From contig CAYNRJ010000001.1 of NCBI GenBank assembly GCA_964399865.1, forward strand, positions 138,050-202,049: a DNA stretch of 64,000 nucleotides. Reading direction: 5' to 3'. Shown here piece after piece: positions 38,890 through 51,141 of the stretch. The translations under genes were made by a program, and so were the position numbers. Origin of the DNA: an uncultured Candidatus Saccharibacteria bacterium (GTDB lineage: Bacteria > Patescibacteriota > Minisyncoccia > Phycocordibacterales > UBA2100). A model generated the notes under the pieces. It worked only from the letters and a program-made list of their open reading frames with translations, had not been told where the DNA came from and did no database searches. Positions within the stretch are counted from its first letter, which is position 1. Each line of letters opens with the position of its first letter.

Positions 38890-39663
38890 TTATTGCCTGC
38901 CCGCCGCAAGATCTTCTAGCTCCTTGTCTCTTCGTGCTTTATCCGCTGCAATCTGAGCCCTTCTCCTTTCTTCATACTCCTCATCTTTTGCCTTATTGTC
39001 AGTATCTATATCCAAATTACGCGCACGTGCAGCTCGCGTAATAAACTCATTTACTGGTGTACCGTCATCTGTTGGTCGAGGCTGTGGGGGCAGTCTTGTA
39101 GGCGTTGCAACTTCGTCTTCTCTTTTATCATCTGCATCATCCATAATATCCAATTCCTTTTCTCGTTCTGCACGATGATGATGGTCAACACGCCCTCGCA
39201 TACTGTATTCACTCTTCGTCACAACTTCTTCCTCGTCCGCGTCTTTACTGAATTCTCCTGGCTCATATTTTCGCCCAATTTTACCGAGTACCATAGCGCG
39301 CAGTGTTTTGAGACTGAAATAGAGAGACGCCATGAAAAGTACTGCTACGACTTGCCGGAGCGCGAATTCGAGGATCGTGCTCGAATCATATTGAGAAAGC
39401 GCCCAACCTTGATAGATCACCATACCTACACCTGCCGCAATTACATCCGCAGCAATTACGCCCTTATTGTGTGGATTTGTAAGCGCTGCTAGTGCAACCA
39501 AAATCACCGCTCCGGCGAGGGTAAATGGAAGTTCAATACGCAGCATGTTCGCATAAAAGGGATGCGTGAGGAGAATAACAGCAGCGGCCGTCATGAAAAG
39601 CCATCTGACAACATCTCCATAGTAATGCGGGACCGATGTAATGCCTGAAGGATTCAATGCCAT
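38890..39663 (-). CDS. Hypothetical membrane protein with charged C-terminal tail
   Basis: HYYGD.VR motif, 4 TM, low-complexity tail. Confidence 0.75.
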   Translation of the reverse strand: MALNPSGITSVPHYYGDVVRWLFMTAAAVILLTHPFYANMLRIELPFTLAGAVILVALAALTNPHNKGVIAADVIAAGVGMVIYQGWALSQYDSSTILEFALRQVVAVLFMASLYFSLKTLRAMVLGKIGRKYEPGEFSKDADEEEVVTKSEYSMRGRVDHHHRAEREKELDIMDDADDKREDEVATPTRLPPQPRPTDDGTPVNEFITRAARARNLDIDTDNKAKDEEYEERRRAQIAADKARRDKELEDLAAGRQ

Positions 39664-39702
39664 AAAAGTCTTTATGTAAGTATACCCCGCCACTCACCTC
39701 GC

Positions 39703-40002
39703 TCAAGCCGACACTTTGGCTACTATGTGTATGACAGCCTCCATATCATCTTCTGCCGTGACCACATTTCGTTTCTCATGCTTGCATTTCTCACAACGAT
39801 GGATGAGTACGTACTTAGGGCTCGCACCCTCCACTGCAATCGGCGCCATCATTCCGCCGCAATTTGACGCACGATCTCCCGGATCAATATCTACATGCTT
39901 ACTCCATAAACATTTTGGACAGTGATTTGTGTAGCCGCTTCCCTTCACGGGAGTACCGCAGTGTTCACATATGAAATCCTCGATCTTTCTTTGGAAAGCC
40001 AT
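39703..40002 (-). CDS. RNHCP-domain Zn-finger protein
   Basis: F.CEHCG, YTNHCPKCLWSKHVD..PGDR...CGG.M.P, HRC.KC. Confidence 0.9.
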   Translation of the reverse strand: MAFQRKIEDFICEHCGTPVKGSGYTNHCPKCLWSKHVDIDPGDRASNCGGMMAPIAVEGASPKYVLIHRCEKCKHEKRNVVTAEDDMEAVIHIVAKVSA

Positions 40003-40009
40003 CGCGCCG

Positions 40010-41812
40010 TTACAGTACCACAACTGACGTTGTTCTTCTGATCGAATCGCCATTTACCGCGGTGCACTGCAGTATGAAATCGTGCACACCGACAGTGGTG
40101 GTCGCGGTTGTTTCAATACTCTTTGATCCTTCATTTCCAATTGCGAGAGAGCTCGTTGCATTACCAAACCGCATATTTACACTGCACTTCTCTGTAGAAC
40201 TCATACCAAGCGACGACCACGAGACAATAATTGGTTTGCCACGAAGTGCTTGCGCAGGCTGGGCAATAATAGTTGCCACTTCTGGTGTGACAGCAGCGGA
40301 TCCGGACGGAGATCCAGAACCCGATCCACCTCCGCCACCACCTTCTGTTGATCCGTTTACTGGACCAGACCCAAGTCCGCCTCCCGAGCCATTCCCAAAG
40401 AGAGAGCTAAAGAAGTTCACTACAGAGTCCGCTAGCCCACCCGAGGATGGATTGCCCCCTTGAGGTGACTCCCCTGTGATCTCTGAAATTAAAGTATCAA
40501 TATCTTGTTCAGAATATGGATTCCCCGGCCATATCACATCTAACACACCTTGAAATGGGCTCGAATTAGCAAAAGGAGATCCATTACCCCCGGTGTATGC
40601 CGTCGCCGTTCCATTAAATGGAACGCCTTCACCAAAAATTTGCGTAAATCGTTCTGCGTATTCCGCCACGCTTGTGTACCCATCATCTGCACCTGGATTG
40701 TTAAGTGCTCCTGGACCTCCGAACCACACACGTGCAGCGTTTTCCGGTGAACCATATCGTTCGATGTATCCACCGAATTGACGATCAAAGACTGCGTCTT
40801 GGCACTGCGGACTATTAACAAATTCATTTACTGTATACGCTCTTCCGCACGCTTCCCTTGTCCATGAAGGGATATTGAAATCCATTACCTGATATCGTCC
40901 GTACGCTCGATTCCCCGTACGGGTAGCGGGACCTACCGCGCCATAATTGCCCTGACAACTTCCGCTCTCGATTGTTGAAATAGCGCATCTCGCCTGCGCC
41001 AAGACAGCCGCCGGATCCCCTGCCGTTAGCGGATTGAATACAGTGAAAGTATCTCCCGCAAGATATCTATTTCTCTCGCTTGCGCTCAAATTGTTATTAA
41101 AGACCTCAACAACTACTCCGGGTCTTGTTGGCGTTAGTCGAACCGCGTTCGCTGAAAGTCGCTGTAATTGATCTGCGGGAATCCCTACCTCTGCCGCAGC
41201 CTCTGCTTTTGCCGCACTATCACCAAACGCAAGATCACTTATGAGCCTTGCTGCATCTTCACGACTTCTTCCTTCAAAGATGTCTCGCGTATCAATGCCG
41301 GCCTCTGCGAATATTCTTTCGTACATATCTGGGAGTGAGCCCGTCGTAAGAACAGCATCCTCCAACAACTCTCTTGTCTCCTCCCGTGCAATATCCGCCT
41401 CACTCTCGCTACCGCCTAGTGTTGCAGTTATCTCACTGCCACGTGGATCGCACTTACTTATCTTATGCGTCACCACCCCCTCTTCATTTAATACTGTTAC
41501 TACTCCGACGCCTGAATATGTGGGCGTAGTAGGAGTGCCGCCAATTACGCAATGACACGTCTCGGCTGGGACACTTGTTCCGGGCTGTATATCGACTGGA
41601 TTCTCGGCACTAGGATCAAATGTAATTGTTTCATTCAAACAAATATCATCGCTCCCGATGGTAGATTCTTCGACAGCGTTTTTGTCATCTTCTTCTGTGG
41701 TGATCGAAGCTTTGCCATCGACAGCTGGAGTCGAGGGAATCTTATCCGCAGCATGTAAAGACATCGGTACCACAAGTACCGAAAATAACGCGAACATGAG
41801 ACTGCGTCGCAT
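40010..41812 (-). CDS. Secreted lysozyme/transglycosylase-like protein with Gly/Ser linker and C-terminal beta domain
   Basis: Signal peptide; AISTIESG..NY.A, AYGRYQVM...W, QD.V, WFGGPG motifs. Confidence 0.75.
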   Translation of the reverse strand: MRRSLMFALFSVLVVPMSLHAADKIPSTPAVDGKASITTEEDDKNAVEESTIGSDDICLNETITFDPSAENPVDIQPGTSVPAETCHCVIGGTPTTPTYSGVGVVTVLNEEGVVTHKISKCDPRGSEITATLGGSESEADIAREETRELLEDAVLTTGSLPDMYERIFAEAGIDTRDIFEGRSREDAARLISDLAFGDSAAKAEAAAEVGIPADQLQRLSANAVRLTPTRPGVVVEVFNNNLSASERNRYLAGDTFTVFNPLTAGDPAAVLAQARCAISTIESGSCQGNYGAVGPATRTGNRAYGRYQVMDFNIPSWTREACGRAYTVNEFVNSPQCQDAVFDRQFGGYIERYGSPENAARVWFGGPGALNNPGADDGYTSVAEYAERFTQIFGEGVPFNGTATAYTGGNGSPFANSSPFQGVLDVIWPGNPYSEQDIDTLISEITGESPQGGNPSSGGLADSVVNFFSSLFGNGSGGGLGSGPVNGSTEGGGGGGSGSGSPSGSAAVTPEVATIIAQPAQALRGKPIIVSWSSLGMSSTEKCSVNMRFGNATSSLAIGNEGSKSIETTATTTVGVHDFILQCTAVNGDSIRRTTSVVVL

Positions 41813-41881
41813 ACAGTGATTGTACCCTGCGAATTCTCAAATTCGCGTCGATTTTTAGCCAACTGTGGACTTTTGAGGGCC

Positions 41882-42136
41882 TTAGAGGAGAACGACGGCT
41901 CGATTGTGTGAGCATTCCAAAATTCCGTTCTCAATCTTAATCTCTTTAACCAAAGCTTCTTCTCCTCCCTTTGGAAGTCGGACAGTGATGGTACCTGCAC
42001 GAAGTGTTGTCACGAGTGGCTCATGCTGAGCGAGCATGGTGAATTCACCGGCAGTTCCTGGGAGAGTGACTGACTCAGCCTGTCCATCGAAATGTGTCTC
42101 GCCGACAGAAGCGATGACGAGATGGAACGTACTCAT
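41882..42136 (-). CDS. atpC: ATP synthase epsilon (N-terminal domain only)
   Basis: SVTLPG.AGE..MLA.HEPL.T.L..G; last gene of atp operon. Confidence 0.9.
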   Translation of the reverse strand: MSTFHLVIASVGETHFDGQAESVTLPGTAGEFTMLAQHEPLVTTLRAGTITVRLPKGGEEALVKEIKIENGILECSHNRAVVLL

Positions 42137-42138
42137 AG

Positions 42139-43925
<1,787 letters not shown>

Positions 43926-43930
43926 GACTG

Positions 43931-44848
43931 TTATCGCATCGCTTCCATGCCGCTTGTGATCTCTGACACTTCTCTTGTGATCGCAGCCTGACGAACTTTG
44001 TTGAACGTACGAGTGAGCGCTTTCGCCATATCACGAGCTTTGTCTGTCGCGTTCTTCATAGCAACCATACGTGCGCTGTGCTCTGATGCTTTCGCTTCGA
44101 GAAGTGCGTGAAAGACCGCGATGTTAAAAAGTTTTGGCAAGAGTTCGTCAAGAACAGAGTCCGCACTCGGCTCAATAGAATATGAAGGTGACTGCGATAT
44201 AGTTCCTGCAGGAACGCCCGCATATTTTCCGCGTGCTGGCTTAATACCCTGCACCATCTCATGTATCACCGTAGGGGTTACGGGTACAATTTGTCGTACC
44301 GCTGGCTTCTGTTCGAATGTTGAAAGGAAGTTCTGGTAGACAACGATGCACGAAGCGATCTCGCCTTTCGTATGCAAATCGAGAACTTGTTTCGTTATTT
44401 CAAGCACATCTTTCTCCCCCACTCCATCTGAGAGATTCTCTTTTTTCAATCGGACGTCCCAGCCGCGTGAGAGGAAATAATCGGCACCACGTCGTCCTAT
44501 TCCTAGAATGATAGTGTCACCTATCTTAAGTCCTCGCCTTTCGAGCTCGCGCTCAAGTTCACGTACCACACCGCTATTCAGAGATCCCGCAAGACCCTTA
44601 TCGCTTGTGATAATAACCACGCATGTTTTCCCTGCGCGCTCTTGCATGAGAGCGTGGCCTTTAATTTCCATTGATCCTGAGAGACGCTCGAGAGCAGAAA
44701 GCGCAGCGGCAGCGTATGCACGGCCTGAAAGAGCGCGCTCTTGGCTCTTTCTCATTTTGACCGCTGAAACCGCCTCCATCGCACGCGTTACCGTTGACGT
44801 CTTTTTAACGGAGATAATCTTCAGCTTGATGTTCTTAAGGCTCGCCAT
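43931..44848 (-). CDS. atpG: ATP synthase gamma
   Basis: TRAME.VS.VK, SDKGLAG, SEHSARMVAMKNATD, RQAAIT.E. Confidence 0.98.
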   Translation of the reverse strand: MASLKNIKLKIISVKKTSTVTRAMEAVSAVKMRKSQERALSGRAYAAAALSALERLSGSMEIKGHALMQERAGKTCVVIITSDKGLAGSLNSGVVRELERELERRGLKIGDTIILGIGRRGADYFLSRGWDVRLKKENLSDGVGEKDVLEITKQVLDLHTKGEIASCIVVYQNFLSTFEQKPAVRQIVPVTPTVIHEMVQGIKPARGKYAGVPAGTISQSPSYSIEPSADSVLDELLPKLFNIAVFHALLEAKASEHSARMVAMKNATDKARDMAKALTRTFNKVRQAAITREVSEITSGMEAMR

Positions 44849-44860
44849 ACTTACTCTTTA

Positions 44861-45826
44861 TTATGCTGCAGTGTCCAGCACTGTACCATTTTCCTTACCA
44901 CTTTCCAGCTTATCGGATAGGAATTTTGCGTTTTGTATAAAAAATCCTATACCGCGTTCTATCCATTCTCTCTTTTGCTCCGGAGTTCCTTCATTGTTCG
45001 ATGGAAACATTTCATACAGGCTTTTGACAGCCTTGGTATAATTATTACCCAAGGTAAACGACTCGAGCTCTTCGGGAAGCGACTGTAACTGCTCCTTCAA
45101 CCGAACGAGTGTCTGCCGAGACTCGAGATCAAGCTTAATGTGATATCCTTGCACATTAATACCATCTGCGACCATTTCGAAAGAGGACAGCTGCCCCACT
45201 AGATACTTCTTCATTTCGTCTTGTAGATAGTACATTCTCTCGATCGCTGTAAGCACCTGGTTAGCTCGTTCAGCTGGAAGGTCTTCCCTCATTTTCACTC
45301 CTACGTCCGCCAATTTTTTTCTTGGTGGCAGCTCTTTAACTAACACAGTGTCGACATAGTTCCATGTTCCATTCTTGTTGAGTCGAAAATTATTATCGTT
45401 TGTAAAATCAATATTGACTTTTATACCGTATTTCTCAAGTGCCCCCGGGACTTTATAGAGAAAAATATTATCGTACTCGCGCTCACCGAATCGCTTGTAT
45501 GAATTCCGCGTGTCTAGACCATCAGTTCGCGAGAGCGTTTCGGTGACAGCTCGCCGTACTCGCGTGGACACCGTCTCACGGATCCTCGCCCTGATGACCG
45601 AGCCCCTCCCATTTTCATCTGTGAATGCTCCAGTAAACGCGGGAAAATTATCCGGACATATGCCCGAAAGAATTCGTTGCGTATAAAACATCGCCTTTGC
45701 TTCCAGGGGATGCGTACGACCTTCCGCTGTTACTAACTTCTCTTTCGGTTTGTCAGGGTGTGCATATACGCCACGTTCCGCTCCGCTACCTATGAGCTTC
45801 CCTTTTCTCTTAGGGAAAAGCTCCAT
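44861..45826 (-). CDS. Hypothetical protein, possible protein-kinase-like fold
   Basis: IGSGAERGVY Gly-loop, D....N and YVD segments. Confidence 0.65.
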   Translation of the reverse strand: MELFPKRKGKLIGSGAERGVYAHPDKPKEKLVTAEGRTHPLEAKAMFYTQRILSGICPDNFPAFTGAFTDENGRGSVIRARIRETVSTRVRRAVTETLSRTDGLDTRNSYKRFGEREYDNIFLYKVPGALEKYGIKVNIDFTNDNNFRLNKNGTWNYVDTVLVKELPPRKKLADVGVKMREDLPAERANQVLTAIERMYYLQDEMKKYLVGQLSSFEMVADGINVQGYHIKLDLESRQTLVRLKEQLQSLPEELESFTLGNNYTKAVKSLYEMFPSNNEGTPEQKREWIERGIGFFIQNAKFLSDKLESGKENGTVLDTAA

Positions 45827-45828
45827 GG

Positions 45829-47400
45829 TTATTTCGCGACAGTGAACAACTCCTTATGTGCTCCGCGGAAATCTTCAAACGCAGTACCGAGGGATTTCTT
45901 TGTGTCGTCAGAGAGCTGTTTTGAAGTTCTTATTTCGGAGAGAATCTTTGAATACTTCGCATCGAGGAACGTGAGCAATTTTTCTTCCGCAGTTCGCACA
46001 TCCTTTACTGCAACACCATTGAAGAGTTTCTGTTGACCCGCGTACATTGCTGCAACCTGACGCTCGAGAGGAAGTGGCGAGCCATTCTTTTGTTTCAAAA
46101 GCTCCACCATGCGTTGTCCCGATGCGATACGATCTGCGGTCGTTTTGTCGAGGTCCTGTGCAAATTGCATGAACGCTTCGAGTTCGCGGAATTGCGCGAG
46201 CTCAAGCTTGAGTGTTCCCGCGACTGCCTTCGTTGCCTTTGTCTGAGCTGCGCTACCAACACGAGATACTGAGATACCGACATCGATCGCGGGACGTACG
46301 CCTTTGTTGAAGAGGTCTGCGACGAGGAAGATTTGTCCGTCTGTGATTGAGATCACGTTAGTTGGAATGTAGGCCGCGACGTCTCCATCTTGCGTTTCAA
46401 TGATTGGGAGCGCAGTGAGTGTTCCCCCACCCTTTGCATCAGAGAGTGCTGCAGCACGTTCAAGCAGACGTGAGTGTAAGTAGAAAATGTCACCTGGGTA
46501 TGCTTCGCGACCCGGTGGACGACGAAGGAGGAGTGAGAGCTCGCGATACGCAACAGCCTGTTTTGAAAGGTCGTCATACACGACAAGAACATCTCGGCCT
46601 CTATCCATAAAGTATTCGCCGATCGCAACTCCTGAGTATGGTGCGAGGAACTGAAGAGCTGCAGGAGCGGAAGCTGGAGCATCAACAATGATTGTATACG
46701 AAAACGCATCCGCCTCTTTCAACTGCTGCACGATACGCGCGGTCTTTGATTCCTTTTGACCGATAGCTACGTAGATACAAATTGGACGCTTGTCTTCAGG
46801 CTCATTCTTTTGGTTGATGATCGTGTCGATTGCAACGGTCGTCTTTCCAGTTGCGCGGTCGCCGATGAGGAGCTCGCGCTGTCCGCGACCGATCGGGATC
46901 ATTGCGTCGATTGCTTTGATGCCAGTTGCAAGTGGCACGGTAACAGACTTACGATCAATGACGCTGTACGCTGCGCGCTCTACTGGCATTTGTGTCGCAT
47001 TCTTAAATGGACCTTTCCCATCGATCGGCTCTCCGAGCGCGTTTACGACGCGACCAAGAAGCTCTTCGCCTGATGGAACTGAAAGAATTTTCCCTGTTGA
47101 TTTGACTGTCATCCCTTCTACGACACGAGATGTGTCACCGAGGATCGTGGCACGCACACCGTCCTCTTCGAGGTTAAGGAGAAGTCCGTAGAGAGAGCCG
47201 TTTGCGCCCATTGAATCCTTAAGAGACTTGCCCTTCGTCTCCTCGAATTCGACGATCTCGCTCATGACAGCTTTAGATAGACCTTCGATAGCGACGACAC
47301 CGTCCCCCACCGCGGTCACACGTCCAACGTGCTCGACATTCCCTTTCGGTTCGAAGTGTTCAATCTCTTTCAGGATCTTCTCTACGGTGGCGTTATCCAT
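45829..47400 (-). CDS. atpA: ATP synthase alpha
   Basis: [26 protein letters not shown]. Confidence 0.99.
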   Translation of the reverse strand: MDNATVEKILKEIEHFEPKGNVEHVGRVTAVGDGVVAIEGLSKAVMSEIVEFEETKGKSLKDSMGANGSLYGLLLNLEEDGVRATILGDTSRVVEGMTVKSTGKILSVPSGEELLGRVVNALGEPIDGKGPFKNATQMPVERAAYSVIDRKSVTVPLATGIKAIDAMIPIGRGQRELLIGDRATGKTTVAIDTIINQKNEPEDKRPICIYVAIGQKESKTARIVQQLKEADAFSYTIIVDAPASAPAALQFLAPYSGVAIGEYFMDRGRDVLVVYDDLSKQAVAYRELSLLLRRPPGREAYPGDIFYLHSRLLERAAALSDAKGGGTLTALPIIETQDGDVAAYIPTNVISITDGQIFLVADLFNKGVRPAIDVGISVSRVGSAAQTKATKAVAGTLKLELAQFRELEAFMQFAQDLDKTTADRIASGQRMVELLKQKNGSPLPLERQVAAMYAGQQKLFNGVAVKDVRTAEEKLLTFLDAKYSKILSEIRTSKQLSDDTKKSLGTAFEDFRGAHKELFTVAK

Positions 47401-47402
47401 AA

Positions 47403-47789
47403 TTATTTTGTTATGCGATTATATATCGAAAGTAGGTGTTTTTTAAAGCTCGCATCAAATAGGTAGTCCCGACCCTCTAGGCGCCATCCGCCGATAAGAG
47501 TCTCGTCCGTTTTCGTCTCAAAATCGTCCGCTTCTATCTTGAGAGCGGCGAGAACCTCTTTTGCCTCCTTTTTTGCATGCACTGCGTGACTAGGGGCAAC
47601 AGTCAGCGTAAGAGTATTGTGCATTCGTTCACGAGCAGCGATTCGTTCAAATGCACGAGCTATTCTCGGAAGTAGAGCGAGGCGCCCCCTCCGTACCAAA
47701 ATTTCACGAATTGCAGCAACAGCTTCTTTAGGATTTTTCCCTGCAGAAACTGATCGAACTAATGCTGTTGCGTATGATTGTTCAAGCAT
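47403..47789 (-). CDS. atpH: ATP synthase delta (short)
   Basis: Operon position; YA.AL N-terminus, D.TLIGG...D.S. Confidence 0.85.
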   Translation of the reverse strand: MLEQSYATALVRSVSAGKNPKEAVAAIREILVRRGRLALLPRIARAFERIAARERMHNTLTLTVAPSHAVHAKKEAKEVLAALKIEADDFETKTDETLIGGWRLEGRDYLFDASFKKHLLSIYNRITK

Positions 47790-47793
47790 AAAA

Positions 47794-48243
47794 TTAAGCA
47801 GACTTTCCCTTGAGAAGCTTCTCTGCAGCTAGCATCGCAGCACGTGCGATCTCTTTCTCACTTTGTTTCAGAGCCTGGCGCTGAGTTTCTTCAGCGCGCG
47901 CAGTCGCGTCTGAGAGAAGTGCCTGTGCTTTAGATTCCGCGTCTCTCATCATCTCAGCCTTCTTTTCTTCAGCGCGAGTGCGCGCTGCGACAACCATCGC
48001 CTCTGCTTCGCGAGAGGCCTTGCTTCGGATCTCCTCTCCTGCCGCACCGGAAGCGGCGAGTTTTCTGTCTGCCTCTTCGGCATTCTTTACTCCTTCTTCG
48101 ATCTTCTTTCGGCGCTCATCTATCATCTTTAAAACTGGCGTGTACAAAAAGCGCCACAAAATGAGAAGCAGGATGCCGAAATTGAACGCCTGCACCAGGA
48201 GCAGTTTCCAGTTGATCCCGAAGACGGCGAATAGGTCAGACAT
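47794..48243 (-). CDS. atpF: ATP synthase b
   Basis: Q.FNF.ILL.IL.RFLY.PV.KMIDER. Confidence 0.95.
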   Translation of the reverse strand: MSDLFAVFGINWKLLLVQAFNFGILLLILWRFLYTPVLKMIDERRKKIEEGVKNAEEADRKLAASGAAGEEIRSKASREAEAMVVAARTRAEEKKAEMMRDAESKAQALLSDATARAEETQRQALKQSEKEIARAAMLAAEKLLKGKSA

Positions 48244-48256
48244 GTTAGGAATGCGA

Positions 48257-48356
48257 GACGGAGTATGTGTTTTTGGAGTCTTCCGCAGGCCGACGGGCCG
48301 AGGATGAGCAAATTTTCATCAGAAAATTATGCGACTCCAAAAATACGTACGCCGTC
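48257..48356. repeat. 100-bp inverted-repeat element (24-bp arms) between atpE and atpF
   Basis: Arms 48257-48280 and 48333-48356 are reverse complements at 21/24 positions. Confidence 0.8.
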
Positions 48357-48364
48357 GAGCGCCT

Positions 48365-48607
<243 letters not shown>

Positions 48608-48659
48608 CTAATAATTAATAAGCTTTTGTGCCGCCATTCTAGCACGCTTTCCACAGCAC

Positions 48660-49457
48660 TCAATGTGCTTCGTGCGGCTCTGTAATTGCGATTTTTATAA
48701 AGAAGAGCGTGAGCAGCGTAAAGACAGCGGCTTGCAAAGAGCCGATGAAGATCTCAAATAGCATGATCGGTATTGGTGCCACGTATGGCGCGAAAAAGAT
48801 GGCGACCGCGATAACGATTTCCCCTGCCAAAATGTTGCCGAAAAGTCGGAATGAGAGCGATACGACACGTACAAGTTCTCCGATAAGCTCAATCACGCCT
48901 ACCAAGGACCCGATCGGATCCTTGAGAGGGTTTACGATGAATTTATGACTATACTTCCAGAAGCCGATCGCGAGAATACCCGTTATTTCTATGACAAAGA
49001 ATGAAATTATGGCAAGAACGAGTGGCATCGTAAGGTCAGTGTTCGGCGCACGCAGAAGCGGCTCAAACACTCCCCCTTCGTGGAAAAAGCCGATCGATCC
49101 AATTCCGGGAATAAAGTGAAGCATGTTGCCGAGGAATATGAAAAGAAATACCGTCATGAGGAGCGGGAAGAATCGTCGTGCCATTTCTTTACTCTCAAGA
49201 GTCTCCGCAATGTAGTCGTACAAAAATCCGAATATTTGCTCGACAAGCGTCTGCAAACGACCAGGGATCATCGCAAGGCGTCCACGGATGAGAAACGCGA
49301 AGAGGACCAGAAGCCCTATCACCACCCAACTCGTTATGAGGGTGTTTGTTATAGGAATACCCATGAATTCACCGAGTTTTTCAGCGGCGAGAGAGACGTG
49401 AATACCCGCCTCGTGGGTCTCCTCGACCGCATGCTCTAGCCCTTCTTCCACAGCCAT
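48660..49457 (-). CDS. atpB: ATP synthase a
   Basis: SLSFRLFGNILAGE, LQA.VFTLLT. Confidence 0.97.
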   Translation of the reverse strand: MAVEEGLEHAVEETHEAGIHVSLAAEKLGEFMGIPITNTLITSWVVIGLLVLFAFLIRGRLAMIPGRLQTLVEQIFGFLYDYIAETLESKEMARRFFPLLMTVFLFIFLGNMLHFIPGIGSIGFFHEGGVFEPLLRAPNTDLTMPLVLAIISFFVIEITGILAIGFWKYSHKFIVNPLKDPIGSLVGVIELIGELVRVVSLSFRLFGNILAGEIVIAVAIFFAPYVAPIPIMLFEIFIGSLQAAVFTLLTLFFIKIAITEPHEAH

Positions 49458-49481
49458 AGTTGGCGGAATCGTAGCACAGAA

Positions 49482-50336
49482 TTAGACGGCTTTCACCCAC
49501 TCACGTACAGTCTCAGCTATCTCCTTCTCCGCACCACTGAAACTATGCTTCACCTTTGGAACGATGAGGAAATCCCCGTTCTCCATATGTAAGTTAAACC
49601 AGTCGCTTACTTTCCGCCCGATACTGAGCCCAAATTCATCATTTTCCGCCCAAAAGGCAAGAAGCGGAATACGGACCGAACGGAGAATTCTTGGAACCTT
49701 CGTGAATTGTCCATATGAGAATATCTCTTCGATACTGTCCGGCGTGTATAGGCTGAGAAATCTCTGCGCATCCAAGTCTTCGTGCCAAAGACCTGGCGGA
49801 AGAAGTTCGTGCTTTTTTCCACGAGTGATAAGGGCGCGCACAACTTTGGTGGCACGAGCGATCTTAGCAACACCCTGCAATTTTCTCTCCGCCTCGTAAT
49901 CACTCACTGGTGCAAGTAAAATTATCCCCTTCACTCCTTTACCTTTTGTTTTATATGCCCAATACACTGACTTCTGACAACCGGTCGAGTGGCCGATTAG
50001 ATACACGTCCTTTGCGCCGTTTCGTTTTGCGAAATTAACCGCTCCCTGTATGTCATCGACAGATTCTGTAAATACTTCGTGCGCTGCGCCAGCTTTCAGA
50101 TAGGTGCCGTCAGTGCGTTTTATGCTCGCTACTTTGTCGTGACCTCTGTTATTGAACATGAGTACGGCGGAGTCCCTATCTACCAGTTTCTCAGCAATAG
50201 CTAATTTACTAAACATCGAACTACCGAGCCCGTGCACCCATATAAAGACTCTCTTGGACTTCTTTGGTCCAAGCCATAGACCGTTTAGTACGTATCTCTT
50301 AGGCGTAAGTATTTCGACAATGTTAGCTGCTCTCAT
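49482..50336 (-). CDS. Alpha/beta hydrolase (DUF1749-like)
   Basis: VHGLG, GHSTGCQ nucleophile elbow, C-terminal HSF. Confidence 0.88.
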   Translation of the reverse strand: MRAANIVEILTPKRYVLNGLWLGPKKSKRVFIWVHGLGSSMFSKLAIAEKLVDRDSAVLMFNNRGHDKVASIKRTDGTYLKAGAAHEVFTESVDDIQGAVNFAKRNGAKDVYLIGHSTGCQKSVYWAYKTKGKGVKGIILLAPVSDYEAERKLQGVAKIARATKVVRALITRGKKHELLPPGLWHEDLDAQRFLSLYTPDSIEEIFSYGQFTKVPRILRSVRIPLLAFWAENDEFGLSIGRKVSDWFNLHMENGDFLIVPKVKHSFSGAEKEIAETVREWVKAV

Positions 50337-50358
50337 ATGCGCATTCTAAGCACAAAAA

Positions 50359-50394
50359 CCAAAAACGCCATCCCGATAAGGAATGGCGCTTTGG
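50359..50394 (-). terminator. Terminator hairpin
   Basis: CGCCAT.CC...GG.ATGGCG with T-run on -. Confidence 0.65.
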
Positions 50395-50413
50395 TATGGA
50401 ATCGAGTGATCCC

Positions 50414-51001
50414 TTATTTGCCGACTGCAAGAGAAGCTGCGTTGACCATAGCGATGAGCTCGGTCTGAGTCGTTGGCATATTCTTAATTTCTATCTTTCC
50501 AACAACCTGCATCTTAATGTTCTTACAGACTCCGAGAACAACAGCTGGGTTAAGATCTTTCTTTCCAACCTGAACGGTATCGTTCTTGTCGAAGAGGATG
50601 TCCAACTGCTGCACTTTACGAGGATGCATTGAGTCCGCGACAACACGATAGCCAACAAGATGTTCAACCATCGAGAGTCCACAGTTACCCTTAGAAGCAT
50701 TCTCATCGAAGACGAACTGAATGACCGTACCGAATGGAAGTTCCTCTTTAAGGTCGACGGAACGAGCGACGATCATGTCAGGGTTCGAATACGCACCACT
50801 AGCGGTCGTAAACGGGTCGCTATCTGTCTGCTCTGGAACGGCGTTGTAACCGGTGAGAGAAACAGAGTATGAAGCTATAGAAGCCTTCTCCTCTATACGG
50901 ATCTCGGAAACGGTCTCAGTCTGGGCAAAATCCACAGTAGGCTGAGGAGCACCCGATAAAAGAAAGATGGCCATGAGGGCCGTACTTATTGTTGTTTGCA
51001 T
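50414..51001 (-). CDS. Secreted 3D/RlpA-like domain protein
   Basis: TGYN....QTD.DPF.TASG, A.S.DL, LPFGT, V.D.M..R, DI. Confidence 0.8.
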   Translation of the reverse strand: MQTTISTALMAIFLLSGAPQPTVDFAQTETVSEIRIEEKASIASYSVSLTGYNAVPEQTDSDPFTTASGAYSNPDMIVARSVDLKEELPFGTVIQFVFDENASKGNCGLSMVEHLVGYRVVADSMHPRKVQQLDILFDKNDTVQVGKKDLNPAVVLGVCKNIKMQVVGKIEIKNMPTTQTELIAMVNAASLAVGK

Positions 51002-51031
51002 TATGTGCAGGGAGTTATTCCCTACCCATAC

Positions 51032-51060
51032 ATATTAGCACACTCAGCACCCCTTGTCAA
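51032..51060 (-). promoter_or_regulatory. Sigma70 promoter of the 3D-domain gene
   Basis: TTGACA-17 nt-TAATAT on -; palindrome TATGGCTC-tgtt-GAGCCATA just upstream. Confidence 0.7.
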
Positions 51061-51141
51061 TCCCTATTATGGCTCTGTTGAGCCATATTTTTGCTTTATA
51101 GCTTGACTCTAGGCAAGGCTCCAGACATAAAAAGCCCTGGC

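Noticed and set aside
40290-40460. GGC/GGA-rich short repeats
   Set aside because: They encode the Gly/Ser linker of the 40010-41812 protein.
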